Virus record (IMG/VR): IMGVR_UViG_3300042514_000542
Coordinates: 60,370 to 124,369 of that record
Reading direction: 5' to 3' (one strand)
Origin: a virus
Length of the DNA stretch: 64,000 bases
Shown: piece after piece, positions 53,121 to 63,857 of the stretch
Numbering within the stretch: the first letter of the stretch is position 1
Layout of the letters: the number at the start of each line of letters is the position of its first letter
Notes under the pieces: model-generated
What the model was told of the DNA's origin: nothing
Database searches by the model: none
The model's input: only the letters and a program-made list of their open reading frames with translations
Translations under genes and position numbers: made by a program

Positions 53121-54454
53121 TACTCTACATCCTCCTTAATATCTGATTTAGGTCCAATATACGTTTTTGTTGCAAATATCTGGTTGGTATATAGATCAGC
53201 GAAGAATATATGTCTAACCTCCGTGGCATACCATCTACCTAAAAGCTTTTCATCACTTTTTAAAGCATCCTTAGAGTTCTTCAGTTTCTTGGCCGAAAAT
53301 ATATCTAAAAATTTACCAGAACTTCTTGAGGTGTTTCCGACATTTGTGAATGTTAGTTGAAGATTATAAAATGTAAGAGCGTTGTGAACTTCAGCTTCCA
53401 CAATTTTAATTCCATGATCTACCGAATATGGGAACTTGTATCTCTTAAATCTTTCATCGGTTGAATTATTCTTAATAGCAAAAGGTTTAACCTTACCAGA
53501 ATTTGCCTTAAAAATATCTACAAACTTTTTCGCCCATTTTTTCTTAATTTCTTCAAAATCCAATTTCTTAATTTTTTGCTGACCTAGTGTATGATCATAT
53601 CCAATAACTAGGGAATTGATGAAGTAATCGGATGTCCATGAATACATAGGTGTTGAATATCCAAGACTTCTCAACCCACCGATGTATTCACCAACTTCTG
53701 GCCCAGATGGTGGGTTATTAGGATTATCGAAACCGATATCTGTTACAAGATCACCAAGAGCAAATGCTTCCATTTCATAATCCTTATTATCCTTATATAT
53801 TTTAGATAGTAGATCCAACCTATATTTCTTAGTGGTATCATCATAACTAATGAAGCCCTTCACATAAATCTCATCATCTTTGGCGTAAAATAGTCTCAGG
53901 AAATATCTCATCAAATCCATATATCGAAATGTTGCTGGTGGATAGTAAGTTAATTCAAAGTCACCAGATTCCCAATTTTCTTCATCGACCATATCTTCCC
54001 CAAGAACTTCCTTAAATATTTCTTTTAGAATATCACCAATTTTACCACTATATATTTTCCCATATGGAACCATGTCGGTGAATGCTATAGCTTCCTTAGC
54101 TACCAATGTTAATGTTTTAAAATTTTCTGCGCGGGTCATTGGATTAACGGTATCTGAATCATCTAAAACGACAAATGTGTGTTCAAATCCGATATCATTT
54201 TTAAATTTCGGGTCAACTGGTTTGAATTTTATTAAAAATTCATCCCTACCATCACCCCTTAAAAAATATTCACGCTCCATGAAATCAAATGGATTGGCTA
54301 TGGATATAGTCCCTTCCATAAAGGGTTCGAATACATTATCAATTAATGTCATACCACGGACAGCAGACTTCGTAAATGAAACTTCTTGGTTATCTGGGTT
54401 AGATAACTTGAATTCACATTCATAGTCAATGTCATTAATTTTAAATGTTTCCAT
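53120..54454 (-). CDS. putative baseplate structural protein
   Basis: 444 aa; ATGA-coupled to neighbours. Confidence 0.4.
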   Translation of the reverse strand: METFKINDIDYECEFKLSNPDNQEVSFTKSAVRGMTLIDNVFEPFMEGTISIANPFDFMEREYFLRGDGRDEFLIKFKPVDPKFKNDIGFEHTFVVLDDSDTVNPMTRAENFKTLTLVAKEAIAFTDMVPYGKIYSGKIGDILKEIFKEVLGEDMVDEENWESGDFELTYYPPATFRYMDLMRYFLRLFYAKDDEIYVKGFISYDDTTKKYRLDLLSKIYKDNKDYEMEAFALGDLVTDIGFDNPNNPPSGPEVGEYIGGLRSLGYSTPMYSWTSDYFINSLVIGYDHTLGQQKIKKLDFEEIKKKWAKKFVDIFKANSGKVKPFAIKNNSTDERFKRYKFPYSVDHGIKIVEAEVHNALTFYNLQLTFTNVGNTSRSSGKFLDIFSAKKLKNSKDALKSDEKLLGRWYATEVRHIFFADLYTNQIFATKTYIGPKSDIKEDVE

Positions 54455-54855
54455 TAGTAATGTCTTCCACCAAATATAGTTGAATCTGTAATATCCTGAT
54501 AAATTGCAACTCTTACCGCATCTGAAATATATTTAATCTGAACACCACCATCAACATAAAATGGTGCGCCTGTAAATTTATCCTTATTAAGTAAGTATAA
54601 TATCCACCAACTATCAATATCTCCGTAAATATTATACGAAAGTATTGTCATTGCCATACGACTTGGTGGTGTGTAAAACTCGATGTATTGACTATCGATT
54701 TCTGGGAAGTCAACCTTGTTCAGAATGTTATAGGTGTAAAATTCCTTATCATCGGTTGACTGTTTAAAGACTTTGAAAATACGTTCATAATCTCTTATAT
54801 CCAATGCCGATAGAGATGCTACTTCATTTTGATAATTACCAATATCTATACTCAT
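54454..54855 (-). CDS. putative baseplate/tail protein
   Basis: 133 aa. Confidence 0.4.
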   Translation of the reverse strand: MSIDIGNYQNEVASLSALDIRDYERIFKVFKQSTDDKEFYTYNILNKVDFPEIDSQYIEFYTPPSRMAMTILSYNIYGDIDSWWILYLLNKDKFTGAPFYVDGGVQIKYISDAVRVAIYQDITDSTIFGGRHY

Positions 54856-54856
54856 A

Positions 54857-55744
54857 TTATACTTCTTTCATGAAACCTGCGTGTTCCAACGTAAGTGACT
54901 GGAATGACATTGTTATTTGATATGCTTCTGGGACGATAACACCATTAATTTCTCTTCTGGTTCCTAATAAATTAACTGAAAACTGATTACAGTAAGCCCA
55001 ACGTATGAAACGATGACCGGGAACCTTAACTTTATAAATTCTAGGTGGATCAACGGCAATACTATTCTTCCTCAATGGCCTATTGATTTCTGTTAGTTTA
55101 TGTATGAGTGTTTTATTTTTTTCGATGCTGTCGGGATTTATGGTATTCGATAATACAAATGATACTTCTAATGGTCCATCATTCTTTTCAAACTGATAGA
55201 ACATTGGAGATTCGATATATGTTCCGGGGTTTCCACCAGATCCCATTGTTTTAGCGGCAGACATAATATCCGACCCTGCCGCTTTCATATTACCCTTGAG
55301 AGCATTCCCAGCGGCACTCGCAACACTTCCGGCAGCAGATTTAAGAGATGCACCATCACTTAAATTCATAGCTTGTCCAATACCACCAGCAAGCCCTTTA
55401 GCCCCCTCAAATATATCCCCACCGATACCACCAGAACCACCTATACCATTTTGGAACGTATCACCAAAGGTGTTACCGAATGATCTTACATTATCACCAA
55501 AGAATGGGAAGTTGAAATCGTCTTCCGCTTCTGTAGCCTCACCATACATCTTATCATAAAATGCTTTAGCATCACCACTCCCACCCTCTGTTGCAATTGC
55601 AACAAAGCCCTGAATGGCTTGCATGATCTGATTAGATTTCAACCTATATGACTTCACCCAAACTCTGGGTGCTTTTTTACGCATACCAGAACCTCTTGGA
55701 GAACTTGTCCAATCATATTCCTTAACCACATCATACTTCGACAT
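54857..55744 (-). CDS. Gly-rich tail protein, possible tail-tube-family (gp48/gp54-like) junction protein
   Basis: 295 aa; the C-terminal half loosely resembles the tail-tube fold family; late box CTTAAATAATAAT-ATG upstream. Confidence 0.35.
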   Translation of the reverse strand: MSKYDVVKEYDWTSSPRGSGMRKKAPRVWVKSYRLKSNQIMQAIQGFVAIATEGGSGDAKAFYDKMYGEATEAEDDFNFPFFGDNVRSFGNTFGDTFQNGIGGSGGIGGDIFEGAKGLAGGIGQAMNLSDGASLKSAAGSVASAAGNALKGNMKAAGSDIMSAAKTMGSGGNPGTYIESPMFYQFEKNDGPLEVSFVLSNTINPDSIEKNKTLIHKLTEINRPLRKNSIAVDPPRIYKVKVPGHRFIRWAYCNQFSVNLLGTRREINGVIVPEAYQITMSFQSLTLEHAGFMKEV

Positions 55745-55752
55745 ATTATTAT

Positions 55753-57663
55753 TTAAGCGATGGCATATGGGCTAGATGTAAACCTAGACCTATTGTTTGA
55801 AATTGTCTCCATTTGCTTAGGTGATTGTTGTGGTTGTTGAACAACCGTAACATTACTACCACCAGAACCAGTTCCAGATATTCTCTTGAGTTCATTCAAA
55901 CTATTAGCACCAATATTAACCATAGATGTTAATAATTTGGTTTGTTGCATAGCCTGAGTGTGTAACAATAGTAAGGCTTTAACTTCGGTGTTTGAACCCC
56001 TTATAAGCATAGAAAAATTCTCATTATTACTACCTGTAAAGTTTTCTTTTGATGTTTGGGTTTTAGACTCTTGGATTTTCTTCTCATCCTCCGAGGTGAA
56101 TAGATTTGCGATCCACCCACCAATCTTATCGGCTATACCTCTTAGAACCTTCATAGCACTATCAGCAATGCCAGAAATTGTATCAACGATTCCGGGTATC
56201 CACTTGTTTATCATCTCTTTGGTTTTATCTGCCATTACATTCAAACTATCAGCAAACCATGCACCAGCTTCCTTAGCCTTATCCCAAGCCTTACTAGAAA
56301 AATCTTTAACGGTATTCCACACCTTGGGTGCTTCTTCAGAAACTTTATTCCATGTATCTTTGGCGAAATCTGATGTCTTTTTCCACGCATCTTTTGTAAA
56401 GTCTCCAATAACACTAACGGCATCACCCATTGGTCCTTTAATGTTATCCCAAACACCCTTAACATAGTTTACAACACCCTTAGAAGCATCCTTAGATCCT
56501 CCTTCAGCTATCTTACCACTATTATCTGTCTCATCGTCTAATATACCAAACCATCTCAATGGTGCAGCTAACCAATCAGGTAAATCCTTAAGTTTTTTCT
56601 TAATCCATTCTTTTAAGCGACCCATCCAAGAATTATCCGCTTTAAAGGTTCCTTCTTTTTCTTTTGGGGAATTCAACCATCCAGATAAGACTTCAAAACC
56701 TTTAATTATCATACCACCCGTAGGAACCATAGTTAATAAACCAAGACCTATTTGTTTCAGTCCTTCACCAACATTACCACCCTTAAATGCATCATAAGCC
56801 ATACCGAAACGTTTAAATGTTCCGATAAGTGGAAGATATAATGCATTATCGATTATGGTTTGCCCGATAGTTGCCATCCACCCTTTAATGGTCTTCCAAC
56901 CATTTTCAGGACTTAATGCACCGCCTTTGTCGAACACACCCTTACTTTGGGTAAATGCTATCAATAAATCAGCACCTATAGATAGAAATGGTCCAATACC
57001 GGGAATGAAATTAAGGAATGCTGATATAAGTTCGGCAACACCTAAGAATATATCACCATTCTTAAATGCCTTGATAGCAAATGCAAATCCAATTATACCA
57101 CCAATGAATGGTAATTTCTTTAATAGCTTTAGAGAAAACTTCTTGAGAATTGTTTTTGATAGCATTTTCAATGCCCCCATCATTCCCAATTTACCGATTG
57201 CCGCTACAACCTTACCACCAGCATCACCAAAAAATCCAGATATGGATGCTATAATACCACCAACGGATGCTGCTAATAATGCTAGACCACCTAAAATCAT
57301 AGACATTAAACCACCACCTTTTGTTTCTTCTGATTGTGGTGATGGTGAGGGTGTCACAGCTTTTCTTTGTGACTTTGCTATCGAACTAGATAATGTTTTC
57401 TCTGCCTTATCTTTGGTTTGTTTCTTCTGATATTCAAAGAATAGTGTGTTGAAAAGTGTGAATGTCTCCGTTAGTCTTTTCTTCTCCACACCAGATAGTG
57501 TGGACTTACTTTTTGATTTCTCACCTTCATCTAAGGGAGAATCCTCGGATTTAATGATATTTTTATTAATTAAAGAGTTACCTTTAGGTACACCTCTCTC
57601 TTCAGAAAGTTGGTCTAATAAGCCCAACATCTTACTCAAGAGATTTACAATATCGTCATTCAC
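55753..57663 (-). CDS. putative tape-measure/tail length determinator (gp29-like)
   Basis: 636 aa with Gly-rich hydrophobic segments; GTG start preceded by ATTAAATACTATAT. Confidence 0.4.
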   Translation of the reverse strand: MNDDIVNLLSKMLGLLDQLSEERGVPKGNSLINKNIIKSEDSPLDEGEKSKSKSTLSGVEKKRLTETFTLFNTLFFEYQKKQTKDKAEKTLSSSIAKSQRKAVTPSPSPQSEETKGGGLMSMILGGLALLAASVGGIIASISGFFGDAGGKVVAAIGKLGMMGALKMLSKTILKKFSLKLLKKLPFIGGIIGFAFAIKAFKNGDIFLGVAELISAFLNFIPGIGPFLSIGADLLIAFTQSKGVFDKGGALSPENGWKTIKGWMATIGQTIIDNALYLPLIGTFKRFGMAYDAFKGGNVGEGLKQIGLGLLTMVPTGGMIIKGFEVLSGWLNSPKEKEGTFKADNSWMGRLKEWIKKKLKDLPDWLAAPLRWFGILDDETDNSGKIAEGGSKDASKGVVNYVKGVWDNIKGPMGDAVSVIGDFTKDAWKKTSDFAKDTWNKVSEEAPKVWNTVKDFSSKAWDKAKEAGAWFADSLNVMADKTKEMINKWIPGIVDTISGIADSAMKVLRGIADKIGGWIANLFTSEDEKKIQESKTQTSKENFTGSNNENFSMLIRGSNTEVKALLLLHTQAMQQTKLLTSMVNIGANSLNELKRISGTGSGGSNVTVVQQPQQSPKQMETISNNRSRFTSSPYAIA

Positions 57664-57676
57664 ATATAGTATTTAA

Positions 57677-58399
57677 TCATGAATCGAAAAACGAGACATC
57701 AACATCCAACACTTTATTTGTATTATATGTTAGAACTTCAATTTCCTTAGTTTTCAACTCTTGAATATATGCAATAATCTCTTTATTGATAGTTAGAGGG
57801 AGATTCTCAACGATTTTGAATCTATCCTTAATTGGAAGATTTGATACCTCTAAAGTATCCTCACCAACAGTAAGTTTGTCCACATATTTCACAATTTCAT
57901 ATGTATAAATATTACCGATATTTTTACCAAACTCAGAATCATCCTTTTTAACTGAATCCATTGCCGATTGAATCACCTTGGATTCTGCTGCAAGTGTTGG
58001 AACTTTCAACTCTACCTGAACCGAACCCTTAACAGTTTTTGTGGTTTTTGGTGTATTCTTTTTCGCTGTTTCAATTATTGGTAGTAGATCAATCTCTACT
58101 TCATCTTTAGTTATTTTACTACCAATAACATCTGATCTTAGCTTTAAAACGATGGATAGTTTATCTGTAACCAGAATATCAGATTTTCCCGTATTCTCAA
58201 TAATCACATCATTTAGAACTTTCTGAAATTTTAATGCGGCGATAACACCATCACCAATTGTGCTAATTAAATCCTTTTGTTGTTTGAAGGATAAATTTGA
58301 ACACTCTATGTCTTTTTTCAGAGAGTTTACATAAACCTTGGTTTTTTGATCCTTAATCTCTTGGATCTTTTCTAAAAATGATTTTACATTATCTTCCAT
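57677..58399 (-). CDS. putative tail/baseplate protein
   Basis: 240 aa; TGTAAATAACTTT-ATG late box. Confidence 0.4.
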   Translation of the reverse strand: MEDNVKSFLEKIQEIKDQKTKVYVNSLKKDIECSNLSFKQQKDLISTIGDGVIAALKFQKVLNDVIIENTGKSDILVTDKLSIVLKLRSDVIGSKITKDEVEIDLLPIIETAKKNTPKTTKTVKGSVQVELKVPTLAAESKVIQSAMDSVKKDDSEFGKNIGNIYTYEIVKYVDKLTVGEDTLEVSNLPIKDRFKIVENLPLTINKEIIAYIQELKTKEIEVLTYNTNKVLDVDVSFFDS

Positions 58400-58420
58400 A
58401 AAGTTATTTACATCGACAGT

Positions 58421-59155
58421 TTAAATATTCAAGTTTTGATTCTGATTATCCATCTCTTCCGAATATTTCTCAATATAATATTGAATTTCCATAGGTGTAC
58501 TTTGGAGTAGAATGTTTCCATCAATTCTTTTGGATAATAGGAATATCACATCTTTGAAATAGTATTCATCAAAATTTCCAAACAGTCCTCTTAGGAAAAA
58601 GTATATATCATTTGATAAAAAGTTTAATCTAAAGTCTTTCAGAGATGGGTTATCTACAGAAAATATCTTAGATTTCTCAGAAATGATTTTATTATAAATT
58701 TTGTTATAAATTACAGGTGGTAGATTATCAATAATATCATGTTTCTCCTGTATTGATAGATTTATTAGATTTATAGATATACCAGAAATGTTTATATATT
58801 TTATAATATTATATACTGGAATGAAGTCATCTCTCTGAAATAGGTTTGGTAAACCTATAATAATTTTCAAATCATTCTCTTCTATTACTATATCTTCTGA
58901 TATATCAAAAAGCTGTGATATGATATATGAGAGTTGAATTTTGATGGGTTTATTATTAAAATTGAAATTAATAGTAGAGGATACATCCATATCCCAACAC
59001 TTCAGCAGATTTTCAAATTTCTGAAAAGTATTCGACCCCTCGAAAGAATTGATATACTTTATGAATTGATCGTCGTACCCCTTAGCTAATATTTCAGATA
59101 TATCTTTTAGATCCGAAAAAGTTATTTTACAATTGTTCATAATTTTCACAACCAA
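58421..59155 (-). CDS. putative tail/baseplate protein
   Basis: 244 aa; the track start is TTG, an internal ATG at 59138-59140 is possible. Confidence 0.4.
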   Translation of the reverse strand: MVVKIMNNCKITFSDLKDISEILAKGYDDQFIKYINSFEGSNTFQKFENLLKCWDMDVSSTINFNFNNKPIKIQLSYIISQLFDISEDIVIEENDLKIIIGLPNLFQRDDFIPVYNIIKYINISGISINLINLSIQEKHDIIDNLPPVIYNKIYNKIISEKSKIFSVDNPSLKDFRLNFLSNDIYFFLRGLFGNFDEYYFKDVIFLLSKRIDGNILLQSTPMEIQYYIEKYSEEMDNQNQNLNI

Positions 59156-59726
59156 ATGTAACAGATCTTATCTTAAATTCGGTATCTGCATAATCCAAGG
59201 TGTATCCTTCAACCGCTGTTGGAAACACCTTTTTAAACTTAAATCCCTTGATGAATTGACCACCGTTGGTATATTGTTTGACCACCATAGTCCCTTTTAG
59301 AGATGTTCCCTCTTCAATCAACCCTTTAATACCCAATGCAATCATCCATGGTCTGAAATAATTATGATCAATATCTAATTGGGTTTCCAAGAAATTAACA
59401 GAAAAGCCCCTATCTAGAAAGTTTGATCTGGCATTCAGACCATAACCGGGAAGAAACCCACCCATAGTAGATCCAGACTCCATCGCCACAAATCCCGATG
59501 ATTCATCAGGTAGTGCTACGGATTGTGCTACCAATATATTACCACTCTTAGTCATGGCATTTGGTGAAGTTTTAGCTTGCCATTTTTCACCAGCCTCACT
59601 TAGAACGCTATTAATAGATCCCTCGGATACACCATCTATGCTTACTGACCATATTACTGGTAGATGTAGGAAAAATCTTTGATCACCCGAAAATGCTCCA
59701 AGGAATTCGTTAATACTGTTACTCAC
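59127..59726 (-). CDS. putative tail protein (start revised to GTG at 59724-59726)
   Basis: The track's TTG start at 59759 lies inside a terminator hairpin; CTTAAATAATATT-GTG gives a late-box-flanked start. Confidence 0.4.
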   Translation of the reverse strand: MSNSINEFLGAFSGDQRFFLHLPVIWSVSIDGVSEGSINSVLSEAGEKWQAKTSPNAMTKSGNILVAQSVALPDESSGFVAMESGSTMGGFLPGYGLNARSNFLDRGFSVNFLETQLDIDHNYFRPWMIALGIKGLIEEGTSLKGTMVVKQYTNGGQFIKGFKFKKVFPTAVEGYTLDYADTEFKIRSVTFGCENYEQL

Positions 59727-59747
59727 AATATTATTTAAGTATAAAAA

Positions 59748-59782
59748 CAAAAATCCCAACCGATAAACGATTGGGATTTTAA
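59748..59782 (-). terminator. rho-independent terminator downstream of the tail tube gene
   Basis: Minus strand AAAATCCCAA-tcgtttatcg-GTTGGGATTTT followed by TGTTTTTATAC. Confidence 0.55.
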
Positions 59783-59791
59783 GGATTTTTA

Positions 59792-60358
59792 TTACTTGGC
59801 GAAGTTCTCATACCAGTGATATGAGAATGTTGTCGGAATCGATAGAATTTCACCCGTTCCGTCAGCGATTTGATAACCAATTTCACCAATGGTTTTAATA
59901 GCCATACCAACAAACTTGATCTGTTCAATAACTTCGAAACCCTGACCACCGCTATTATTTTGTCCACATGGAACTGCTAATAGATCCAGAATCATATAAG
60001 ATTCTGGTCCAGGCATACACATTTGTCCAGTAGTAGTTTCATTATCGAATGATGTTCTGGATGCTATTTCGAATTTCTTACGAAGACTTAAATCTTGTGT
60101 GTGATAAAATTCTATAGCATAACTTTCAGAACCCGGATATGATGATTTACCATTAAGGTTGAATGTTTGTCCTGAATAGTTAACTTGCTTATTCTCAATA
60201 TCTCTACCGGGAATTGAAGCTGTTTTAGCGAATACTAAATCAGTCTCCCCGTTCAATGATAGACCGGGAAGTTCGATTTGTTTAACTCTCATGAAGAAAT
60301 CCCTAGCGAATTGTCTTTGAGATGCAAGATTGAAGAATGTGTTGATGTCTGCGGGCAT
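59792..60358 (-). CDS. gp19: tail tube protein (T4 gp19-like)
   Basis: 188 aa; FARDFFMRVKQIELPGL resembles T4 gp19 FARPNLFQVEISYLG; immediately downstream of the sheath gene. Confidence 0.55.
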   Translation of the reverse strand: MPADINTFFNLASQRQFARDFFMRVKQIELPGLSLNGETDLVFAKTASIPGRDIENKQVNYSGQTFNLNGKSSYPGSESYAIEFYHTQDLSLRKKFEIASRTSFDNETTTGQMCMPGPESYMILDLLAVPCGQNNSGGQGFEVIEQIKFVGMAIKTIGEIGYQIADGTGEILSIPTTFSYHWYENFAK

Positions 60359-60381
60359 ATTATTATTTAGTTATAAAGTTA

Positions 60382-62691
60382 TTATCCAATCAATTCTGTG
60401 AAGTTTGCATCGGTGCGAGTTGCGATAAAGCTAACTAAGATGAACTCAGCAGTTCTCACTGGTTTGATGTAAATATCTGCCCTCATCTCATTACTATCGA
60501 TCACTTGAGGTGTATTATTCCTTTCGTCACAAACGATAACGTAGTCATAAATACCTTGATTATTCTTAGCATACTCAAAGATAGGTGTAATAGTGTTGAC
60601 AAATCTTGTTCTAGTGAACTCGGTATTCGGTTCAAAAACAAAGAACACTGAGGCTTTCTTAGTTGGTCTTTCTAGAGCTAAGAAACATCTACGAACATTA
60701 ATTCTATCAAATGCACTTGGTTTTCTACTCATAGTCTTTTGACCGAAGATAGCCATACCTTGTGATGGTGAGAATAGAACTGGGTTAAGATTGCTCTTAT
60801 AGAGTTCGTCACGTTGTTTTTGGTTAGGTGTGATTGCGATATTCACCACATTTCCACTTACTAATCCTCTGGTGTATCCAGCAGGAGCAGACCATGGGAA
60901 TTCAGCGGCATCGTTACGAGCAAACGTTGCACCCGCCACAGGGGAGAATGGAACCCAAATCTTATCACCTAAGAATTCATCATATACTTGCGCCCAGTTT
61001 GCATATACAGCGGCATAGGAAGTATTTTCCAATTCGAATTGGTGTCTCATCGCCCAATAGATATCTGTTTGGAAATTTTTATCTCTATCTGATAGAACTT
61101 TAGTATTCTTACCAGTGATCATAATATGGCGAATTGGGTCTGCGATTAGCATACAGTCACCACGACCACCTGTATTAGATGGAAGGTTACAGAAGTTTTC
61201 AAACTTATTGAAGATTACGCTATAATTAGCTCTAATGTCTTCACCAGCAGCAGTTAAGCTATTGGATGTTCTAAGTTCTTCGATCTTAGCACTTAATGCT
61301 ATTGAGTATGCAGCATCATCGTAGTAAGTGCTAGATAGTCCTTGCATATTCGTTATAACATGGATAGTTCCAAGTCCTGCTTCAACCACAACATCAATGT
61401 CGTAGATTTCGTCATTTTTAACTGCTTCTAATGCTCTTTCAAGTTTTGAAGGAATCGATCCCAACTCTTTGGTTGTGATTTGACCAGAACTAAATGTTCC
61501 GACAGGATATAGGTTATCTGAAACTTCAAGTTGTCCAACAAGTGTTGTATATCCAACAGAATCGATACCAGATACAGTAACACCAGCAGCAGAAAGTGTA
61601 GTTGTTAGCATACGAACCTTACGTGTTGGAATACCAGAAATACCAACAGAAGTCGTTCCAAATTTGTTAGAGACATATGGATTGACAAGAACTTCGATAT
61701 TTCTATCAGTTGAATCTTCACTTTCTAGGAAGAATGATACGAATGGCCCACCCGTTTGATTAGGGCGAGTTCTATACGAATCAATAGATCCTACAATCGC
61801 ACCATCGAGAATATAGTCAAGTTTATATGATTCAGTGGCATAAAGACTCTTACGAAGTTTAAACACACCAATGTTAAGAAGATCATCATCTTCTCTACCG
61901 TCAATGTTATAATCGGTAAGGTTTTCCATGATTTGGGAAATACTACCAGAGTTACCATTTGGTGTTGCGGTTAGTGCAAATTGGAAGGTTCCAAGTGGAA
62001 CGTTTGTGAAGTTCGAAGTAAAGGTTGAAGATACACTTACAGTCTTTGCGCCGATGATCGCATCATAATTAGTTGATGGGTTGATATTAGAGTTATCTGA
62101 AACACCGACATAATAACCTTCAAACTGACTATTGATAGTAGTTTGAGCTTTGTTAAGAATGATAAGACCAGCTTGGCCAAGTGCAGAGAAAGATGAAAGT
62201 TGTGCGCGGTTACAACCAGATTGACTCCATGTGAATAGAGAACCTTCTTGAATTTGGTTATATTGAGTTTCACTAAGAGTTACATGAACAGGATTCCCCA
62301 GAACTATAGTTGAATTAGCAGTAGTTAAATCTGATCTAATAGAAGAAAGGGATGTGGCATATGCTTTAGCAGGATATACCAACGCTGAATATTCCGATCC
62401 GAATCCAGTTCCAGAACCAGCACCATAAGGAAGACGAGAAGTGTAGATATGTGCAGGTGAATTAAGTAATTCTTTAATACCGTGATAGAAATATCTCTCT
62501 GCTGCGTTGGTAGGAACTCCGTAAATTTGATCTAAATCTGCCTTAGACGTAATCTTAATTACCTCGTCTGTATAACCTTGGGATGCATATCCAGCAATGA
62601 AAATGTTCGTTCCTACGTTCTGTGGAGCGATAAGAGATAGATCACGTTCGAAGATTTCGACACCGGGAGATAAAATTGTGCGAGTTGCCAT
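60382..62691 (-). CDS. gp18: tail sheath protein (T4 gp18-like)
   Basis: 769 aa. N-terminus MATRTILSPGVEIFE vs T4 MTLLSPGIELKE. C-terminal WSAPAGYTRG...SAFDRINVRRCF...YDYVIVCDERNNTPQVIDSNEMRADIYIKP aligns with T4 WMSPAGYNRG...SPFDRINVRRLF...YEYRVVCDTTNNTPSVIDRNEFVATFYIQP. Confidence 0.8.
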   Translation of the reverse strand: MATRTILSPGVEIFERDLSLIAPQNVGTNIFIAGYASQGYTDEVIKITSKADLDQIYGVPTNAAERYFYHGIKELLNSPAHIYTSRLPYGAGSGTGFGSEYSALVYPAKAYATSLSSIRSDLTTANSTIVLGNPVHVTLSETQYNQIQEGSLFTWSQSGCNRAQLSSFSALGQAGLIILNKAQTTINSQFEGYYVGVSDNSNINPSTNYDAIIGAKTVSVSSTFTSNFTNVPLGTFQFALTATPNGNSGSISQIMENLTDYNIDGREDDDLLNIGVFKLRKSLYATESYKLDYILDGAIVGSIDSYRTRPNQTGGPFVSFFLESEDSTDRNIEVLVNPYVSNKFGTTSVGISGIPTRKVRMLTTTLSAAGVTVSGIDSVGYTTLVGQLEVSDNLYPVGTFSSGQITTKELGSIPSKLERALEAVKNDEIYDIDVVVEAGLGTIHVITNMQGLSSTYYDDAAYSIALSAKIEELRTSNSLTAAGEDIRANYSVIFNKFENFCNLPSNTGGRGDCMLIADPIRHIMITGKNTKVLSDRDKNFQTDIYWAMRHQFELENTSYAAVYANWAQVYDEFLGDKIWVPFSPVAGATFARNDAAEFPWSAPAGYTRGLVSGNVVNIAITPNQKQRDELYKSNLNPVLFSPSQGMAIFGQKTMSRKPSAFDRINVRRCFLALERPTKKASVFFVFEPNTEFTRTRFVNTITPIFEYAKNNQGIYDYVIVCDERNNTPQVIDSNEMRADIYIKPVRTAEFILVSFIATRTDANFTELIG

Positions 62692-62742
62692 ATTGTTATT
62701 TATCTTTTACTTGACAAACTTTATAAAAGATTAAATACAAAA

Positions 62743-63324
62743 TCAATTTTCATTCAGAATCTCTACATGCATCTGGCTATATAAGAACGTGAAGCCACTT
62801 TCGATCTCTTCACCCTGATCACTTTTTTGATTATATGTAATCTGATCAATGCTTGTTGGAAATGCTTTTATATACTTGAAATGAATTCTCTTCTTTTGGA
62901 ACTCATCAAGACCATAAACAGATAAATCTGTCATATAATCATTGAAATTAGCATCATCTGGAACCAATCCTTTCTGATTATATACACCAGTTTTATGGTC
63001 GTGTAATAAATTCAACCAAGACCATATAGTGAAATAGTTATTATACATGGAGTCCACATTGAATTTAATGTTAACTGGTGGTGGGGAATCCTTACTAAAA
63101 GAAGACTGATACAATGTAGATCCAGCAAATCGAGTTTCCACACCCTTTACGGCAACTTCTGGTATAACTGTTCCAAATACAGAGAATTGAACACTATCTG
63201 GTAAAATGGTGGAATTATTCCTAGTGTATTTGCTGGCAATTGGTTTTAAAATGGAGGGAAGGTCAAAAACAAGTATAAACTTGTCTTGACGGGCTTTATT
63301 TAAGACGCTTTGTTGGATATCCAT
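62743..63324 (-). CDS. tail-tube-family protein (gp19 paralog/gp54-like?)
   Basis: 193 aa; LPDSVQFSVFGTVIPEVAV resembles tube-family strands; GTTAAATAATAAC-ATG late box. Confidence 0.35.
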   Translation of the reverse strand: MDIQQSVLNKARQDKFILVFDLPSILKPIASKYTRNNSTILPDSVQFSVFGTVIPEVAVKGVETRFAGSTLYQSSFSKDSPPPVNIKFNVDSMYNNYFTIWSWLNLLHDHKTGVYNQKGLVPDDANFNDYMTDLSVYGLDEFQKKRIHFKYIKAFPTSIDQITYNQKSDQGEEIESGFTFLYSQMHVEILNEN

Positions 63325-63332
63325 GTTATTAT

Positions 63333-63836
63333 TTAACTACCCAATTTAGTCGAATTCTCTAAAACTGCATTTTCAATGTATTTGACTACATCTTTGGGAA
63401 TAGCTTGAAGGACTGACTCGGCTTTTTTTAAATCGGTTTCTCTATCTGATATATCAAAAGAAAGATGTTTATCGAAAACTCTCCTTTGGGTGTGACCACC
63501 ATGAAATATTGAAACAGATGCCCATAAATTACCTTGATACTCATCAAACCTACAACTCCAAACAAATCTCCAACCACGTTCCTTTCCCCAGTGTTTTTCC
63601 ACTTTTATATTATATGCCTCATCTTCTGTTTTTGGTGGTGGAAACGAGTAGTCATTAGTTTTCCAATCAAATATCAAACCACCAACACCATACTTATCTT
63701 TCGCACCTTTAAAAATTATAGGAGATAAAAATTTCAAAGCTGTCTCTTCCAAACTTTTTGCGTAACCCACTTCTGGTTCTTTTTTTGGAATTTCTCTACC
63801 CAATAATTCACTAATAGCTATTCCTTTCACTGCCAC
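63333..63836 (-). CDS. putative structural protein (GTG start)
   Basis: 167 aa. Confidence 0.4.
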   Translation of the reverse strand: MAVKGIAISELLGREIPKKEPEVGYAKSLEETALKFLSPIIFKGAKDKYGVGGLIFDWKTNDYSFPPPKTEDEAYNIKVEKHWGKERGWRFVWSCRFDEYQGNLWASVSIFHGGHTQRRVFDKHLSFDISDRETDLKKAESVLQAIPKDVVKYIENAVLENSTKLGS

Positions 63837-63857
63837 GATACCAAATCCATCATCAGC

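Noticed and set aside
59727-59759. ORF-track TTG start at 59759 for the gene ending at 59127
   Set aside because: The first 11 codons would lie inside the terminator hairpin of the upstream tail-tube gene. A GTG at 59724-59726 preceded by the late TAAATA box is the more plausible start.
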